DNA of 64,000 nucleotides from Stegostoma tigrinum (lineage: Eukaryota): positions 20,937,018-21,001,017 of the forward strand of contig NC_081376.1 in NCBI RefSeq assembly GCF_030684315.1, read 5' to 3'. The notes beneath the pieces are model-generated. The model had not been told where the DNA came from, did no database searches, and saw nothing but the letters and a program-made list of their open reading frames with translations. Below, piece by piece: positions 22,831-35,682 of the stretch (positions within the stretch are counted from its first letter, which is position 1; every line of letters begins with the position of its first letter). A program made the position numbers and the translations under genes.

Positions 22831-25006
22831 GTAATGATGTTCTGCCTCAAAGCATGAATAACACTAGCTCTTTTGTTTTACATCTAGCCACTTTAATTGT
22901 TGAAGAACATTTTAAGGGTGCTTCAGTGAGGAATAAAAATGGATTCAGACCTGACATTGATATAACTGGTTGAGTGCCTAAAAGCTTGGTCAAAGAGGTG
23001 GATTTAAAGGGGAACCTAATGGGGGAAGAGAAACACAGAGATACTAATAGGGGCATTCCTCAGCCAATAATGTTAAATACACAGCCAGCAATGCCTGGCA
23101 GAAGGTGCAGATTTTTAAAGTATATTCTTCCCGTTAATGTGGTCATCAACGGCCTGGGCAGTACTTGTTGCCCATCTTACTTGTCATTGAACTCAATGGT
23201 TTGCTAGGCCTATTCCGAAGGCAGTCAAGACTTTGAGATCTGCTGCAGATCTTCAACCATGTTGAACCTCTGGGTTCCTAGTCCAGTGCTTGTTGTAAGG
23301 TTGGAAGTGTTAGAAATAAAAAGCCATGAAATGGTTTACACAGGTGGTTGAAAAATGTAATTCTGAACATTGTATGAAGATGAACAAATATTCTCAATGG
23401 ACCTCATAATAGAGGGAAGGTCATAGATAAAGCAGCTGAAGGTTGAAGCCTGAAGAAATCCTGCAGTGATGTCCTGGGTCTGAAATTATTGACCTCTGAA
23501 ATGCACAACTATCTTCATTTGTGTTCGGTACAACTTTGACAGAGAGATTTTCTCTTGTTTCCCACTGACTCCAGTTTTGCAAGGGTTCCTTGATGCCACA
23601 CATGACCAAATGCTGCCTTAATATCACTTCATCTTCAGAGTTAAGCTTATTTGTTTGTGTTTGGATCAATATAATTCTGCTGCTGCTGATGGCCTTCAGA
23701 GTCTCGTGGCTGCCCAGTTTTGAGTTGCTGGACCTATTAAACATTGGTCTTATTTAGCATGGTGGTAGTGCCGCACATTGGGGAATGTGCGGTAATATAA
23801 TTTTTCTCCCTCTTTTGGTTGCTATTGCTATGATTGCAGTAATCTTGGTCAAGAATAATAACATTTTTATCATTTATTATACAAATCTGAAAACCCAGAT
23901 ATTTGCTAAAAGGATCAAGCCATAAGGTTGTAACAGAAAACTGCGCAAAAATCTAATAACATCGAAGCTGATAACTATATTTTAGTAGTCTGTTACATTA
24001 ATGTGATTATAAGTACAATGATTATAGTTACATATACTCAAAACAAACTGCTCAGCTCAAATTGCCTTCCACACCCATTTGAAATGCACCCACAAAAGAA
24101 CTGAAGTCAGGCAGGGTCCTAGTCTCCCTGCCTAATGGAAACAACTTCCCAGCGTCCACCCTTTCTAAGCCATGCATTATCGTGTAAGTTTCAACAAAAG
24201 GCCGGCTCTAAACATTTATATGGGAAATGGGATTGTTCTGGGGAGGTGATATGCTGCATTTGGGTAGTCTTATAATCCCAGCTGACAGTAATATTGGACA
24301 AGTCTGATCCCAGAGTGAGGCAAGGCTTGATAGACCATAATTTTGCTTTTTCCCTTTTATTTGATGTGGAGGTCAGAAACTGAACACATTCACAAGAGCT
24401 GCCAATACACTTACAACAAAAAAAACCCCCAGGAAATCAAGATTAACACTTGCTCCACATTGTATTTCAAATGTTCGCATAAAATTTGAGATTCCTTGAG
24501 ATTTCCATTGCTTTGGAAAAATCATTCCTTTAAATCTCCTCCAACTGCCCATTTCAACATAGGTATCTTTAGCATTTTAAGTGTGGCCATCCAGATTCAG
24601 AATGGTCTTCATGCTATTGTTTTTACTGTCTGGCATCTTGCAGCTAGGAAATTTGACCCTCTCTTCTCAACGCAGCTGTTCCAGAAATCTAACTGTTAGA
24701 ACAGCCCTTCAGTTATCAAAGGTTCTAATTCCTTTTAACCAGTACACAGAATTTCAACTGAATTCTCCCCAGACAGATTTTCCCGCATCTCTTGTTCTTA
24801 CTTAAACTGCTTGTTCTAATCTAATCTGCTTGGGAATCACGCTTGGAAATCTATTCCCATTACTCCCCCCCCCTTAATTAAATTCCTGATTATCCTGTTG
24901 ATTTATAATTAATTAGTTCTCAAGCAGCTCGATCAGAGTATATTCAGATATAATATATATTCTATTCGCATAATCCTTATTTTATTCATTTATTTTATGT
25001 TCAAGT

Positions 25007-25165
25007 ATGAAGACAATTACAGGGAACCCTTACTTCAGGGCAGACAAAACTCCTGCCAGCACATTGGAACCCCTCGAATGTGTCATCATGCATCAGAAAC
25101 TGGATGAGATTGACGCTGTTGTCCTGGGTCTCTACATTTTACTTATTTTATTTGTAGGAGTCTGG
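25007..25165 (+). CDS. SLC5A11: SLC5A11-like paralog B, first coding exon
   Basis: ATG at 25007. Reads MKTITGNPYFRADKTPASTLEPLECVIMHQKLDEIDAVVLGLYILLILFVGVW (SMIT2 L...DIAVLVLYFLFVLAVGLW). TGG/gtaaga donor at 25166. Confidence 0.85.
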
Positions 25166-25837
25166 GTAAGATCCTTATCTACTTACTAAACTGCTGGTTG
25201 CAAACACACTCTTGGTTAAAATGTCTTCTTCTATGTCCTTTGAAGAATTAGACTCAGTATCATGAGTTATTTTGAAACATTGCCATTTACAAGGGTTAAA
25301 TGTGAACGTGGGCCCCAAAATTTCAGGTGCAGTGCAGATGGATCAGGCAAATATGCATAACTGCAGCTGTAATTTAGGGATGGAATGTACTATCTCAATA
25401 CACTTACAACAAAAAAAACCCAGGAAATAAAGATTCAACACTTTTCCTCTAACAATATTCTTACTATTAAACCTTAGTGAAAGGTTACCCCAATATCCAC
25501 GATAAAACTCCTTGTTCCAATGAATTGGGTGTAATCGATAACTTTCACTTGATGCTTTTCTCCAAAATTAATGTCTATCCTCATAATCTTTAAACAAGAT
25601 GCTAATTCAGCTCACTATTACAAGCAAGTAGGCTTGCAAACAGGAGTCAAAGCAGACTGCTCCATCTCTCACTGAAACAAGACCAGCATGGATGGAGTGT
25701 GGTGAGGGAGTGAAGAATGTGTTAAAACCCAGCTGCAAAGGTCCAGTTTCAGGGTGAATAGCAAGATGTGATGCTAATCAAGCAGTGTTGACTTCAAGCA
25801 AGTGTGCACAATAGCTGAGTTCAATACTGCAGCTACA

Positions 25838-26000
25838 AAAACTGAAGTTGCTGGAAAAGCTCTGATCTGAGGAAGAGTCACTGGACCTGAAACATTAACT
25901 CTGATTCTTTTCTTCACAGATGCTGCCAGACCTGCTGAGCTTTCTCAGCAATTTCTAATTTTGTCCCTGATTTAGAGCATCTGCAGTTTTTTCTATTTTT
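25838..26000 (+). mobile_element. Penelope family C mini-insertion with a short 5' inversion and degenerate hammerhead
   Basis: Inverted gaagttgctggaaaagctc, then CTGAGGA-AGAGTCACTGGACCT-GAAACATT and the family C tail. Confidence 0.65.
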
Positions 26001-26324
26001 ATTCAGTAATGCAGCTACCTGATTGACCAACTTGTTAACCTTAATCTTTAATATTATTAGGGTAGAGGAGAGCTTAATGTACCAGAATTGATCAATCTGA
26101 TCTCATTCCCATCTGTTTAAAATTTGACAAAGACAAGTCAGACCATCAACAAGGGTCCCACAAAACACATGGGGGTGAAACAAATATTGCAAAAGTCTGG
26201 ACCAAAGGCATCATGACATCATTGATGTTGAATTAAGTGAGTGGACGGGGTTGGGGGGGGTGTTGTGGGATGGAGTTGAGGGGGGAGTTTAAACTACACA
26301 ATTCCTGGCAACTATTCAGAGGCA

Positions 26325-26675
26325 GGGGAGATGGTTGCAGGGTGGTAATGTTGATAGACTGGTAATCCTAGGCACTTGGGCTCAAATCTCACCACAGCAG
26401 CTGGTAACATTGTAGTTCCTAATGAATAAATCTGGAAACTAAAATTAGTTCCAGCAATGGTAGCTGCAATGAAAAAGAATCTCATTTACTATTGCCCTTT
26501 ACGGGAAGAAAGTTACCATCCTTTTCCGGCCTATACCTAACTCCAGACCACAGCAATGTTGTAGATTCTTAATAGTCCATAAATGGCTTAGCTAGCCATT
26601 CACTTTGAGGAAAAATTAGGGATGGGCAAAAAATGCTGCCCTTGCCGGTAATGCCCACATCTTATGCAAGTGTAA
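26325..26675 (+). mobile_element. SacSINE1/Deu-type SINE
   Basis: tRNA-like head, core ctccagaccacagcaatg, tail ttagggatgggcaaaaaatgctgcccttgccggtaatgcccacatc. Confidence 0.65.
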
Positions 26676-28866
26676 CAATAACACAGTATCACTCTCTATT
26701 CCTCTGATGACAACTCTGTCAAGATCCCCCTTAAATAAATAGTGATCATGTTGATCTGTACTTCCTCCTGATCACAACCCCATAGTCCTCTGTCATCTCC
26801 TGAGCCTGATCCATTGTCCTCTCCCCATGTGCCCCTCCTTTGTCCATGATGATGACCCTGTTATCCCCTTCATCATCCTGCTCAGGATCCCATTGCCCCC
26901 CCTAACAATCACCACATTTTCATTTCAACTTTCTCAATTGTGATCCATTCTCTTGATCCCTTCAGTCCCTTGTGATCCATTGCCCTTTTCCATGGCTCAG
27001 TGTTGCAATGGACATCTTTCTACTTTATCCCCTGAGCCACTGGAAAGTCTAACATTGAAAAGAAAATGTGAAGAGATGAAACAGAAAAAATTGGATAGTG
27101 CCCAAAAGCAGGCACTGGGGCTGTAATTCACAATTAACCTGCACCAGTTACTCCTGATATATGTGGGTAGACGTTTCATATGACTTCATCATTTACTTGA
27201 CAGGTAGATGTATTAAATATACTGATGAATAGCTGCATTCTGCAACATGCTCAAGCTCGTACAAGTCTAACCTTATATTAGAGGCAGCTTCAGCCCTAAA
27301 GGGAAGGTGCATTCTGTGGAGGAACAAGAACTTGCCAACGTTGAAATGGCCACACGGATGCAGTGGTTCAAGAAGCCCACTTGTCATGTCCGTTTCAAGG
27401 GCAATTGGGGATGGGCAATAAATGTCAGCCAAGCTGATAATGCTCACATCCTACAAGTGAACATAAAATACTGATGTCATGACTAGCAATGGGGCTGAAA
27501 CTGTTGAACACTGTGATATTTTAAAACCCAATCCTGCTCTTTGTTTTCCCATCATTTCACAATCTCCTCTGATTTAGGAGTGGCAGATGGGTCAGCAGTC
27601 CATGACTACCCCTCACCTGGAGCTTACCCTGTGCCTCACTTCTTTCAAATAGCCAAGAATCACAATCTGACCAAGAAGTGGTGCAAGTCTAAGAGATACT
27701 GGGGAAGAAACAACTGATACTGAAGAAATATTTTGACCCACTTTCACACTTGCAGCCATCAGCTTGGATGCTGTGGCTGTGTGCACTTTAGAAGGTACTT
27801 ACAAGATGAGACCTGCATTTGCTGAGCCACCAGGCTGCAGCTGGACAATGGGGTTGTGCAGATGCCAGTTTGTTGGACTAAACGTTCTGCTGCAGATGAA
27901 GACTTTGATGAATATGCACACAACAACATTTGGCAAGGCTGCCTGACAGCCTATGGACATTGTCAAGGTGCATGGAGAAGTCTGACATGCAATGATGCAC
28001 AGGGCTTTGTGCAGAGCTTAAGACTAATCCCTCCGTGGGAATACTGGTCAACTTTGGGAGAACTCTAACCATGATACAGGAACTGATGGCCAAAATCTCA
28101 GCTTCCAGTATTAGCCGATGCCATGCAATATCTGGATGCTGCACTGGAAGCTCAGACTGGTGTTAAATAAGCACAGCTTCCTGCTCTGCAGGCTCAGCGT
28201 GCTGCCGTCCTGGCTACAGATACCACTGTTCAAACAGGCTTGCAGGCACTTAGTGCAGTCTGCAGTATGTTCCCTAGCTCATCTGAGGAATTGCTGAAGT
28301 GCTGATCTGGGGTGAATGGCAGTGGCTCTGTGCAGCACAGAATTGCTCTCAGGGTGACTACTTTTCTTCCACTGCCAGTGCCTGACTGCTGGCTATCAAG
28401 CTGAGTTGGTACTGCCCAGCCTTCTTTTGCAAAGCCTCATGAGGTCATCCTGCCCGGCCATTTGTAGTCTCTCCCACAGATAGTCAGTAGCTTCTCACAA
28501 ATCATGCTGCAGCTCCTGGACTAGTACTAGGCCAAGCAAAAGGCAGGCAGTCAGGGAATATATTTAAAAAATGGTTATTTCTGCACTGGTTTGTTTTTGG
28601 TGGTAATTTTTATTCTGGTGTTGAGGGCAAGGGGATATTGTGATGATCTGTAAAAGAGGGAGTTTTCTTGGAGAAATGGGAAGTGTTCATTGGTACAAGT
28701 CAATTAAGTCAATGATGCTCTTCAGAGGGTCAGTGTCGATTTGATGGGCTGTGATGAGGAGGCAGAGATACACAGCTAGTTTTCCAGGGTTTGGGGTCTA
28801 ATTCTTCAGAATAGCAGCATTGTATTAGATTAAGAATGATATATTGTTTCTGATTTTCTTGAACAG

Positions 28867-28938
28867 TCCATGTACAAGTCAAAGAGGAACACTATTCGAG
28901 GCTATTTTTTGGCAGGAAGGAACATGACTTGGTGGCCA
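28867..28938 (+). CDS. SLC5A11: SLC5A11-like paralog B, coding exon 2 (72 nt)
   Basis: [24 protein letters not shown] (SSS motif GYFLAG..M.WWP). AG and GTAAGT boundaries. Confidence 0.97.
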
Positions 28939-29020
28939 GTAAGTATTCTGATTCACAGCTAACATTGGACAGCCAGCATCTGACATTGCCTGGTCTGAGA
29001 CTTCAATTTCTTTTATACAG

Positions 29021-29125
29021 GTTGGAGCATCACTATTTGCCAACAATGTAGGAAGCGGCCATTTCATTGGGTTGGCTGGAACTGGAGCAGCCTCTGGAAT
29101 TGCTGTTATTGTGTTCGAGTGGAGT
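29021..29125 (+). CDS. SLC5A11: SLC5A11-like paralog B, coding exon 3 (105 nt)
   Basis: [37 protein letters not shown] and GTAAGT boundaries, 82-nt upstream intron. Confidence 0.97.
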
Positions 29126-30199
29126 GTAAGTTATTTCACATGTTGAAATGTTTACTTGTAAAAAAGCTTCTGACCAGAACAAAGCATTCAGTTACAGGAA
29201 CAAGATTTAGCCAAGCAATTTCTTGAGACTGCTCTGCTATTCAATAAGATTGTGGGCAAATTGTAATTCCTTTTATGTATCTGGCTTGATGCTGTACGGC
29301 AGAAAATTAAGGTTTAGACAAGAGATGCAGAGAGACAGTGAAGAAACACATTAAACAACAAGTGGTAACAATCTGGAAATAATTGCGTGTGAGGGTGATG
29401 GAGTTGATGATAACAAGTGATATCAAAAGTAACTTGTATGGGCTCCTCAGGGAAGTAAACCAATGGTTTCAGAAATAAAGTAAGGGAACAGAACTGAATA
29501 GATATTGGAGCTCAACCTGCGGTCTGTGGGCCATAAACGGCCTGCTGGAGTGTTCCATACAGACTGACATATGTTTTACTGCTAAACAAATCTACAGGTC
29601 ATTCATAGAGTCCCATCATTAGTAATTACATAATCTTACACAAAAAGGATCATAGACCAGGATGATATAAAGTGAAAGTTTATTGTTGCTTTTAATTTAT
29701 TTTGTTTTCCTTCTTTTATTTTGAGCCCAGAGTTTCAAATATAGGTAAGTATAAGCGGAAGATCTTAAAAGGAACTGCTCCTCCAATTAGAATCCTTACT
29801 CTCCATGTGTGCTGCAGTAGGTTGATGGTGAGCCTATCTGCAGCAAATATGGGAGGGAACTGTGTGTGACTGGAGGAGCCACAAACAGCCCAAAGCCTGG
29901 ACCTTGCAGCCTGGAGCCTGAAACCAGGAGCGGCCTGAGGTCAGGAGTGGAGCCAGAAGTATCCTGATGTCGAGAGCAGACCCCCAGGAGCTTCGTGAGG
30001 CCCAGAGCTGCAAAGCTTGGCTGAGGAATTTGTAACCATTTTCAGCCTGACACATTGAGTAGATAATCCATCTTAGCCTCCCCAGCAGCACAGATGCCAG
30101 TCCTCAGCCATTTGATTCACTCCTCGTGATAATAAATGAAGACACAGGATACTGTTAAGGCTACAGACACTGCCAACATTCCAACAGAAGTACTGATGG

Positions 30200-32113
30200 G
30201 GGAGAGAGATAATGGGAACTGCAGATGCTGGAGAATCCAAGATAATAAAATGTGAGGCTGGATGAGCACAGCAGGCCCAGCAGCATCTCAGGAGCACAAA
30301 AGCTGACGTTTCGGGACTAGACCCTTCATCAGAGAGGGGGATGGGGAGAGGGTTCTGAAATAAATAGGGAGAGAGGGGGAGGCGGACCGAAGATGGAGAG
30401 AAAAGAAGATAGGTGGAGAGGAGAATATAGGTGGAAAGGTAGGGAGGGGATAGGTCAGTCCAGGGAAGACGGACAGGTCAAGGAGGTGGGATGAGGTTAG
30501 TAGGTAGATGGGGGTGCAGCTTGGGGTGGGAGGAAGGGATGGGTGAGAGGAAGAACAGGTTAGGGAGGCAGAGACAGGTTGGACTGGTTTTGGGATGCAG
30601 TGGGTGGAGGGAAAGAGCTGGGCTGGTTCTGTGGTGCAGTGGGGGGAGGGGACGAACTGGGCTGGTTTAGGGATGCGGTGGGGGAAGGGGAGATTTTGAA
30701 ACTGGTGAAGTCCACATTGATACCATTGGGCTGCAGGGTTCCCAAGCGGAATATGAGTTGCTGTTCCTGCAACCTTCGGGTGGCATCATTGTGGCACTGC
30801 AGGAGGCCCATGATGGACATGTCATCTAAAGAATGGGAGGGGGAGTATCCCCTATTCCCAATTCCTCCGCCTCCGCCGCATCTGCTCCCACGATAAGACA
30901 TTCCACTCCCGCACATCCCAAATGTCCAAGTTCTTCAAGGACCGCAACTTTCCCCCCACAGTGATCGAGAACGCCCTTGACCGCATCTCCCGTATTTCCC
31001 GCAACACATCCCTCACACCCCGCCCCCGCCACAACCGCCCAAAGAGGACCCCCCTCGTTCTCACACACCACCCCACCAACCTCCGGATACAACGCATCAT
31101 CCTCTGACAGTTCCGCCATCTACAATCCGACCCCACCACCCAAGACATTTTTCCATCCCCACCCCTGTCTGCTTTCCGGAGAGACCACTCTCTCCGTGAC
31201 TCCCTTGTTCGCTCCACACTGCCCTCCAACCCCACCACACCCGGCACCTTCCCCTGCAACCGCAGGAAATGCTACACTTGCCCCCACACCTCCTCCCTCA
31301 CCCCTATCCCAGGCCCCAAGATGACATTCCACATTAAGCAGAGGTTCACATGCACATCTGCCAATGTGGTATACTGCATCCACTGTACCCGGTGTGGCTT
31401 CCTCTACATTGGGGAAACCAAGCGGAGGCTTGGGGACCGCTTTGCAGAACACCTCCGCTCAGTTCGCAACAAACAACTGCGCCTCCCAGTCGCAAACCAT
31501 TTCCACTCCCCCTCCCATTCTTTAGATGACATGTCCATCATGGGCCTCCTGCAGTGCCACAATGATGCCACCCGAAGGTTGCAGGAACAGCAACTCATAT
31601 TCCGCCTGGGAACCCTGCAGCCTAATGGTATCAATGTGGACTTCTCGAGCTTCAAAATCTCCCCTTCCCCCACCGCATCCCTAAACCAGCCCAGTTCATC
31701 CCCTCCCCCCACTGCACCACACAACCAGCCCAGCTCTTTCCCTCCACCCACTGCATCCCAAAACCAGTCCAACCTGTCTCTGCCTCCCTAACCTGTTCTT
31801 CCTCTCACCCATCCCTTCCTCCCACCCCAAGCCGCACCCCCATCTACCTACTAACCTCATCCCACCTCCTTGACCTGTCCGTCTTCCCTGGAACTGACCT
31901 ATCCCCTCCCTACCTCCCCACCTATACTCTCCTCTCCACCTATCTTCTTTTCTCTCCATCTTTGGTCTGCCTCCCCCTCTCTCCCTATTTATTCCAGAAC
32001 CCTCACCCCATCCCCCTCTCTGATGAAGGGTCTTGGCCCGAAACATCAGCTTTTGTGCTCCTGAGATGCTGCTTGGCCTGCTGTGTTCATCCAGCCTCAC
32101 ATTTTATTATCTT
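30200..32113. mobile_element. Young Penelope family A (Neptune-type) insertion: inverted 3' copy plus forward 3' copy, 14-bp TSD
   Basis: agaagtactgatgg at 30186-30199 and 32114-32127. Near-identical inverted arms 30239-30846 and 31505-32113. + frame has IPYSQFLRLRRICS, PCNRRKCYTCP and NVVYCIHCTRCGFLYIGETKRRLGDRFAEH, with a single stop at 31105-31107. Confidence 0.95.
30303..30334 (-). ncRNA. Minimal hammerhead ribozyme motif (family A)
   Basis: Minus strand CU-CUGAUGA-A-GGG ucuagu CCC-GAAACGUC-AG. The mirror copy on + at 32020-32047 has CAUC instead of CGUC. Confidence 0.65.
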
Positions 32114-32636
32114 AGAAGTACTGATGGCTTGTGCTCTTGAACTAGTCACACTCTGAGCCAATTTTCTCCTATTCCAGTTCCACTACTGCGACATTGCTAA
32201 CATCAATTTAGCAATGTGAAGAATTCTCCAAGTCTGACCTGCCTACAAAACACAGGATGAATCCAGTTTACATTCAATGGTATTGCCATCGTTAATACCC
32301 ACAGTATCACCATCCTGAGGATTACTATTGAGCAGAAACTGAATTGAAACAGCCTCATAACAGCTGTGACTATTAGAGCAAGTTAGAGACAATGAATTCT
32401 ACATCTGGCAGGGAGAGCAAAAGGGAATTAGCTGTGCCTTGCTGGCTATAAGATAGCTGTGTCCAGTGTGGGAATGATAGCTGCGTCTAATGGGAGAGAA
32501 TAGCTGTGTCTGGTAGGAGGGGAGGACATTTGTTTCTGGTGGTGAAGGGGAGAACCCTTTGTGTGAAAGGATAATGCTGTAATGCCAGATAATACAAGAT
32601 CATACTGTTATAATTTCTTTGCTTTTTCTTCTGTAG

Positions 32637-32696
32637 GGAATGTATGCTTTGATGTTACTAGGGTGGCTGTTTCTACCCATATATATTGCAGCAGGG
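32637..32696 (+). CDS. SLC5A11: SLC5A11-like paralog B, coding exon 4 (60 nt)
   Basis: GMYALMLLGWLFLPIYIAAG. Long pyrimidine tract with AG, GTAAGA donor. Confidence 0.97.
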
Positions 32697-33099
32697 GTAA
32701 GATTACATTTTAACTACTTCTAATGCAAAACTCTCATTTTCACAAAATGGAAAATGTCCTATTTCAACTTTAAATCTTATCCTTTATTCAACACCTTGCA
32801 TAACCCCAGAGAGGCAAAATCAGAGTAGGATTCTGCAAAATATCAGAACAGACTACTTCATGGAGAGTTTTGGGATGGAAAGGTAATTGATTTTTAGCAA
32901 AAATACACAACAATTGAGAAAAAATCAGCAGCTTGGGGTAATCATCAATTTTGCAAAAAAGACCAACTTCACTCCAAAAAATTGCATCCTTAAAGACAGT
33001 AATGTGATTCAAAATAATAAAAATGGAGTTTGATTTACTAGTTATCATAAATCAGTGAATCTGATTATGTTTTATGAATCAGCCACTCTTTATGTGTTC

Positions 33100-33520
33100 T
33101 TTTTTCAAACTGATGGAAACAGCAAGTCACCTGCCTCATAGCCATATGTAGCAGTCAATATCCTGACAGACAGTAGCAACAGTGTGAACCATCTGCAAGA
33201 TGCACTCCAGCAGCTCACCTAGGCTCCTTCAATTTCATCCAAACATGCAACTTCTACCACCCAGGAAGACAAGTGCAACAGACGCATGGGAACACCACCA
33301 ACTGAACATTCCTCACAAGCCACACACCATTCTAACTTAACTATATCACTGTTTCCAGGTCAAAGTCCAGTGACTTCCTTCCCAGTAACATTATGGGTGT
33401 ACCTACTCTTGTAAACTGTATAAGTTGAAGAAGAACGCACTACTGTAATCTCAAAGGCAATTAGGGATGGGCAATAAATTCTGGCCTGGTTAGCTTGTTT
33501 GCATCCAGTTAATGAAAAAA
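33100..33520 (+). mobile_element. LINE 3' end with SacSINE1-shared tail
   Basis: catgggaacaccacc...ggcaattagggatgggcaataaattctggcc followed by an A-run. Homologous to 53860-54070. Confidence 0.65.
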
Positions 33521-33734
33521 AAACTATGGTGGGAGATCTTTACTTCTAATGGTGACTGTGGGAGAAGTAGAAAGATTTCTGCCTAATCAAAGTGGATGTC
33601 ATCTGAATAGGGCTCTGATAATGGGACCAGTGAAATTCAGATGTTTTTCTTCTATTTGGCCTCTGAATTTCCAATTAATGGTTAATTCCCAATTTCCATG
33701 TTCGCCCTAAAATGAGCATATTATCTCTTTGCAG

Positions 33735-33839
33735 GTCACCACCATGCCTGAATATCTACTGAAACGATTTGGAGGCCAAAGGATTCATTTTTTAATAGCT
33801 TTACTTTCTTTGATTATCTATATATTCACGAAGATAGCA
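33735..33839 (+). CDS. SLC5A11: SLC5A11-like paralog B, coding exon 5 (105 nt)
   Basis: [35 protein letters not shown] (TMPEYL.KRFGG motif). AG and GTAAGT boundaries. Confidence 0.97.
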
Positions 33840-35682
33840 GTAAGTCTGATTCTTTTTTATGATTCCACATATATTGCAAATTTTGCAAGTATTTTTGAGA
33901 ATACCCGAATTGAATATGAAGTGAACAATTGGGAAAACTGCATTTCCACTGCATGCCACTTGTGACTACTTGACATTCACTGTAGGTCCAACACATTATC
34001 TCTCACCATCCCCAACCCCTAAAATACAATAAACCTCAATGCTATACTCTCCAATCTGTTGTATTGCTTTGAATAACTTTCAGGAGGAGACAGATGGAGT
34101 TTTAGTAGGGAATGGTTTGAAGGGTTATGGAGAGCAGGCAGGAAAGTGAAATTGAGGCTGAGATGGGTTCAGCCATAATCGTATTAAATGGCACTGCAGG
34201 CTCCAAGGGCAGCATCGCCTACTCCTGCTCCTAGTTCAAATGTTTTTGTGTTTCATACATAAAATCCTGTGTCCTTGACCATTTCATACTGCCAACATGG
34301 ATGGTCGTATCACAACAATTGTAATAACAAATCAGTAGCTCATTTTATATGTACTCTAATTCATTTTCTATTGACTTGAAAGAAACAGAAAATCATTCAT
34401 GACACAAAGTTGTGGTATAAAATGCATCGTATTACAGTAGGCCCCAAGCAGGATAATGGCACTAGCTGCACTCTCAGCCAATTCTGGTGTAGGCCGCAGG
34501 GTGCACGGTGCATACGAGTGTGTTGTGCTTACACCAGAAGCGAAGGAGTGTTAACGTTGTGATGTTGGCTGATCATTCCGAATGCTTTTGTGTTGGGTTC
34601 AGAAACTCTGTTTATATATGTGATTTTTCAGATGCACTTCTCCCACCTCCATCTGACTCAGGACCATTTCTGGTGGGGACTTGTGTTCAACAAAAGGGTA
34701 GTTGCTGAACTGGACCACTCCTATAAGCTGACCTGGAGCCCTTAGACAGTCTTACCAGTGGCTTTCACGTCCACCGTGGCTCCCGAAGAGAGTACATTCT
34801 CTCCTCCTTTAGCAGTGACAAGCACGGTGATAGGGCATGATACTTTGCTTAGATAGTTCCATTCCTGTTGGGGCAGCATGCATCAACTGCATGTGGTTGA
34901 CTCTGCTGATTCTTATGACAATAGAGATAGGAACGGCTAGCATAAGGGCTGCCATTTGATAAATGTGCTGTCGGTATGTCAGCATGCTAATATATCATAT
35001 CAGTGAGTGCCCATTATCGTACCAGCAACAACTGTAATGTCAGCCATTCTCACTGGTCTCAGCGCTACTCAGAGAACAAGAGCACGGTTGCTTGAGGTCA
35101 AAGGGTAAAAATAAATGACTAGTGTGCATCTTTATTTGCCATCCAACCAGAGGAAGGAAGCAGGCACATAATGAGAACCACAGAGATGTCATGGATCTGG
35201 CAATCAGCCTACAAAGGCAACAGCTTCACTTCTTTGACTGTGTGGTTGGGGCAGAAGCAGGTTACAAAGTGTAAGGTGGTCAGATACGTCCTTCATAATG
35301 GTACCATCTTTCAAAATTTGGAATAAACTTCGCAAGAGGAGGAAAGGTCAGGGTGTAGAAACCCAGGGCTCTTTCATTGCTAGAGGCTATGGCACAGACC
35401 CCAATTTCAATAAAGTTCTGCTGATAACCATTGTAGCCAGCCACCATAGGCACGGAGAAAAGATTCTATGTGATGCCATCCACCATCTTTGGGGATAGTT
35501 CCACCATGATCTTTGAGAATGATGATAAACTTTCTGGTCAGCCTGCCAATGTATCCTGGTATGTGAATGTGCATCACCAGCACTCTCCCACATGGTACCC
35601 CTTCTCATTCCTCATCTGAGCCCCCTAGGCATGTGCCAGCTGAGACTGTGCCCGCTGGGGAGCTGACACAGGAACTGTCCTA

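Noticed and set aside
24844-24854. TonE/NFAT5-like site TGGAAATCTAT near the start of paralog B
   Set aside because: A single degenerate match is expected by chance every few kb, and there is no cluster.
27560-28690. Possible PIF/Harbinger remnants (similar texture at 13560-14440, 51200-51960 and 54470-55000)
   Set aside because: Only a vague resemblance; no TIRs or clear DDE/Myb motifs could be verified by eye.
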